Shown here: positions 62,816-64,000 of the stretch, in pieces
Layout of the letters: the number at the start of each line of letters is the position of its first letter
Position numbering within the stretch: position 1 is the first letter of the stretch
The notes under the pieces: generated by a model
Databases searched by the model: none
Told to the model about the DNA's origin: nothing
What the model saw: only the letters and a program-made list of their open reading frames with translations
Program-made: the position numbers and the translations under genes
Source of the DNA: Chiloscyllium plagiosum
Taxonomy: Eukaryota
Direction: 5' to 3'
Length of the DNA: 64,000 nucleotides
Assembly: GCF_004010195.1 (NCBI RefSeq)
Contig: NC_057718.1
Location: 6,949,579 to 7,013,578 of the forward strand

Positions 62816-63494
62816 ATTGTTACGATGGATCTATAACTCTTTATATAGCAAGGCAGATGGGGATGGGGGTCAGTGCAGGTTAGCGGTCTGTGGCTTGGCA
62901 TCTGCACAATGTTTCAACAGGGAAGCTATGATATCCCGTTTGAAATGATGTGATGCAGCCATTTCGTTGCTGGAAAGTCATGTTATTTTCATCAAGCTTT
63001 TAGTCAGAGAGCCAGTCAAAGTTCATTCGATCAGATTAAGTGCTGTGGAACATTTGCATCAATAAACAGATTTCATTTCCAACCCATAAATGGGATTTTA
63101 TCTGTTAGTTTACTTTAGACTGGATTCTCTATTAAATAATCTGGCTCTCTCTAAGCTCCCTCCCTTCTGTGCGCATCTGAGTGAGTTTGACAAAATAATT
63201 AGTGCTGCAGAAATACTCTGCATGCATGAATATCTCGAACATTTCACTTTGCAAGGGAAATTTATGTTTTTACCTGACCTTTGGGAGTACAGCGCTGGTG
63301 CCTAGGAGTATCTCTGTTTGCTAGCTTAGGTCTAATGTTCCAGAACTTACTGTTAAGTCAGTAACTGACGTTAGGTAAGACACTGTGTTTCTATAGGAAG
63401 CTTTGCTTTTTTTATTGCAAAAGTATGCTTTTATTCATTAAAAAAATTGTAAGTATGCATTAAAAGGTTCTCCTTCTGCTCTGTGCAATCTTTC

Positions 63495-63905
63495 CAATGA
63501 TACATTGGAATTTCACATCACACAGAGCTGCCATGCAATTGCAAATAACAAGGGCATCTTTAACTCACGCAGGAAGAAAATGTTTGCATTTCATGGCAGG
63601 CAAACAGAGCCCTGTTTTACTTTGGCAGAAAGACCTTAGGCAGTGGGCAACATCTCTGTCTCAGGCTGGCTGCAGTGCTCCAGTGAAGCTCACCACAAGC
63701 TGGAAGGACAACACTTCATTTTCCACGTGGGGACTCTGCAGCCCTCCGGACTTAATACTGAGTTCAATAATTTTCGGGTTTGAGGCACCCTCTCCCATGT
63801 CCTTAACCCAACCCCCACACACCAGGTCTGATCATCACATAGGCTGCTCCCATATCCAACTCATTGCCAGCATCTCACAGTCCCCATTAGCAGTGATTCA
63901 TTGTC
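63495..63905 (+). mobile_element. Decayed Penelope GIY-YIG/3' fragment
   Basis: HKLEGQHFIFHVGTLQPSGLNTEF resembles RHLEEEHLIFRLGSLQPRGINVDF at 19.0-19.1 kb. Confidence 0.7.
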
Positions 63906-64000
63906 CTAGAAATTAAGGGCTATGGGGCGAGTGCAGGGTAAGCAGAATTGAAAAACCCATCAGCCATGGATAAATGGTGGAGTGGACTTAATGGGCCAAA

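Noticed and set aside
62510..62907. ORFs in the 62-kb array
   Set aside because: Products of a stop-poor minisatellite.

Overview
Repeat-dense eukaryotic DNA with no prokaryotic systems (no operons, CRISPR or rRNA). The repeat complement (HE1/V-SINEs, HER1-type CR1 LINEs, DeuSINE relics, Neptune- and Poseidon-type Penelope elements) points to a cartilaginous fish, probably a shark; this is inferred from family recognition. Most of the window is decayed, often nested retroelement sequence: about 30 CR1 fragments, a second LINE family with a partner SINE, Rex1/Babar, RTE and L2 pieces, 11 HE1 SINEs, a decayed ~2.9 kb Penelope, many short palindromic Penelope ends, LTR pieces, satellites and three N-gaps. 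No intact, identifiable host gene was found. Highlights: (1) a processed pseudogene fragment of ninein-like (NINL) at 29.3-29.6 kb, absent from the ORF track; (2) several minimal hammerhead-ribozyme motifs in Penelope ends, some as head-to-head palindromes with target-site duplications (TSDs); (3) a Penelope chimera carrying an old RTE fragment inside a 12-bp TSD; (4) a minus-strand GC-box/CCAAT/TATA/Inr promoter with an ATG|GTAAG first exon and a speculative phase-consistent exon chain; (5) a tRNA-Asp pseudogene abutting a SINE. Repeat boundaries were judged by eye and are approximate; family names come from remembered consensus sequences, not database searches.
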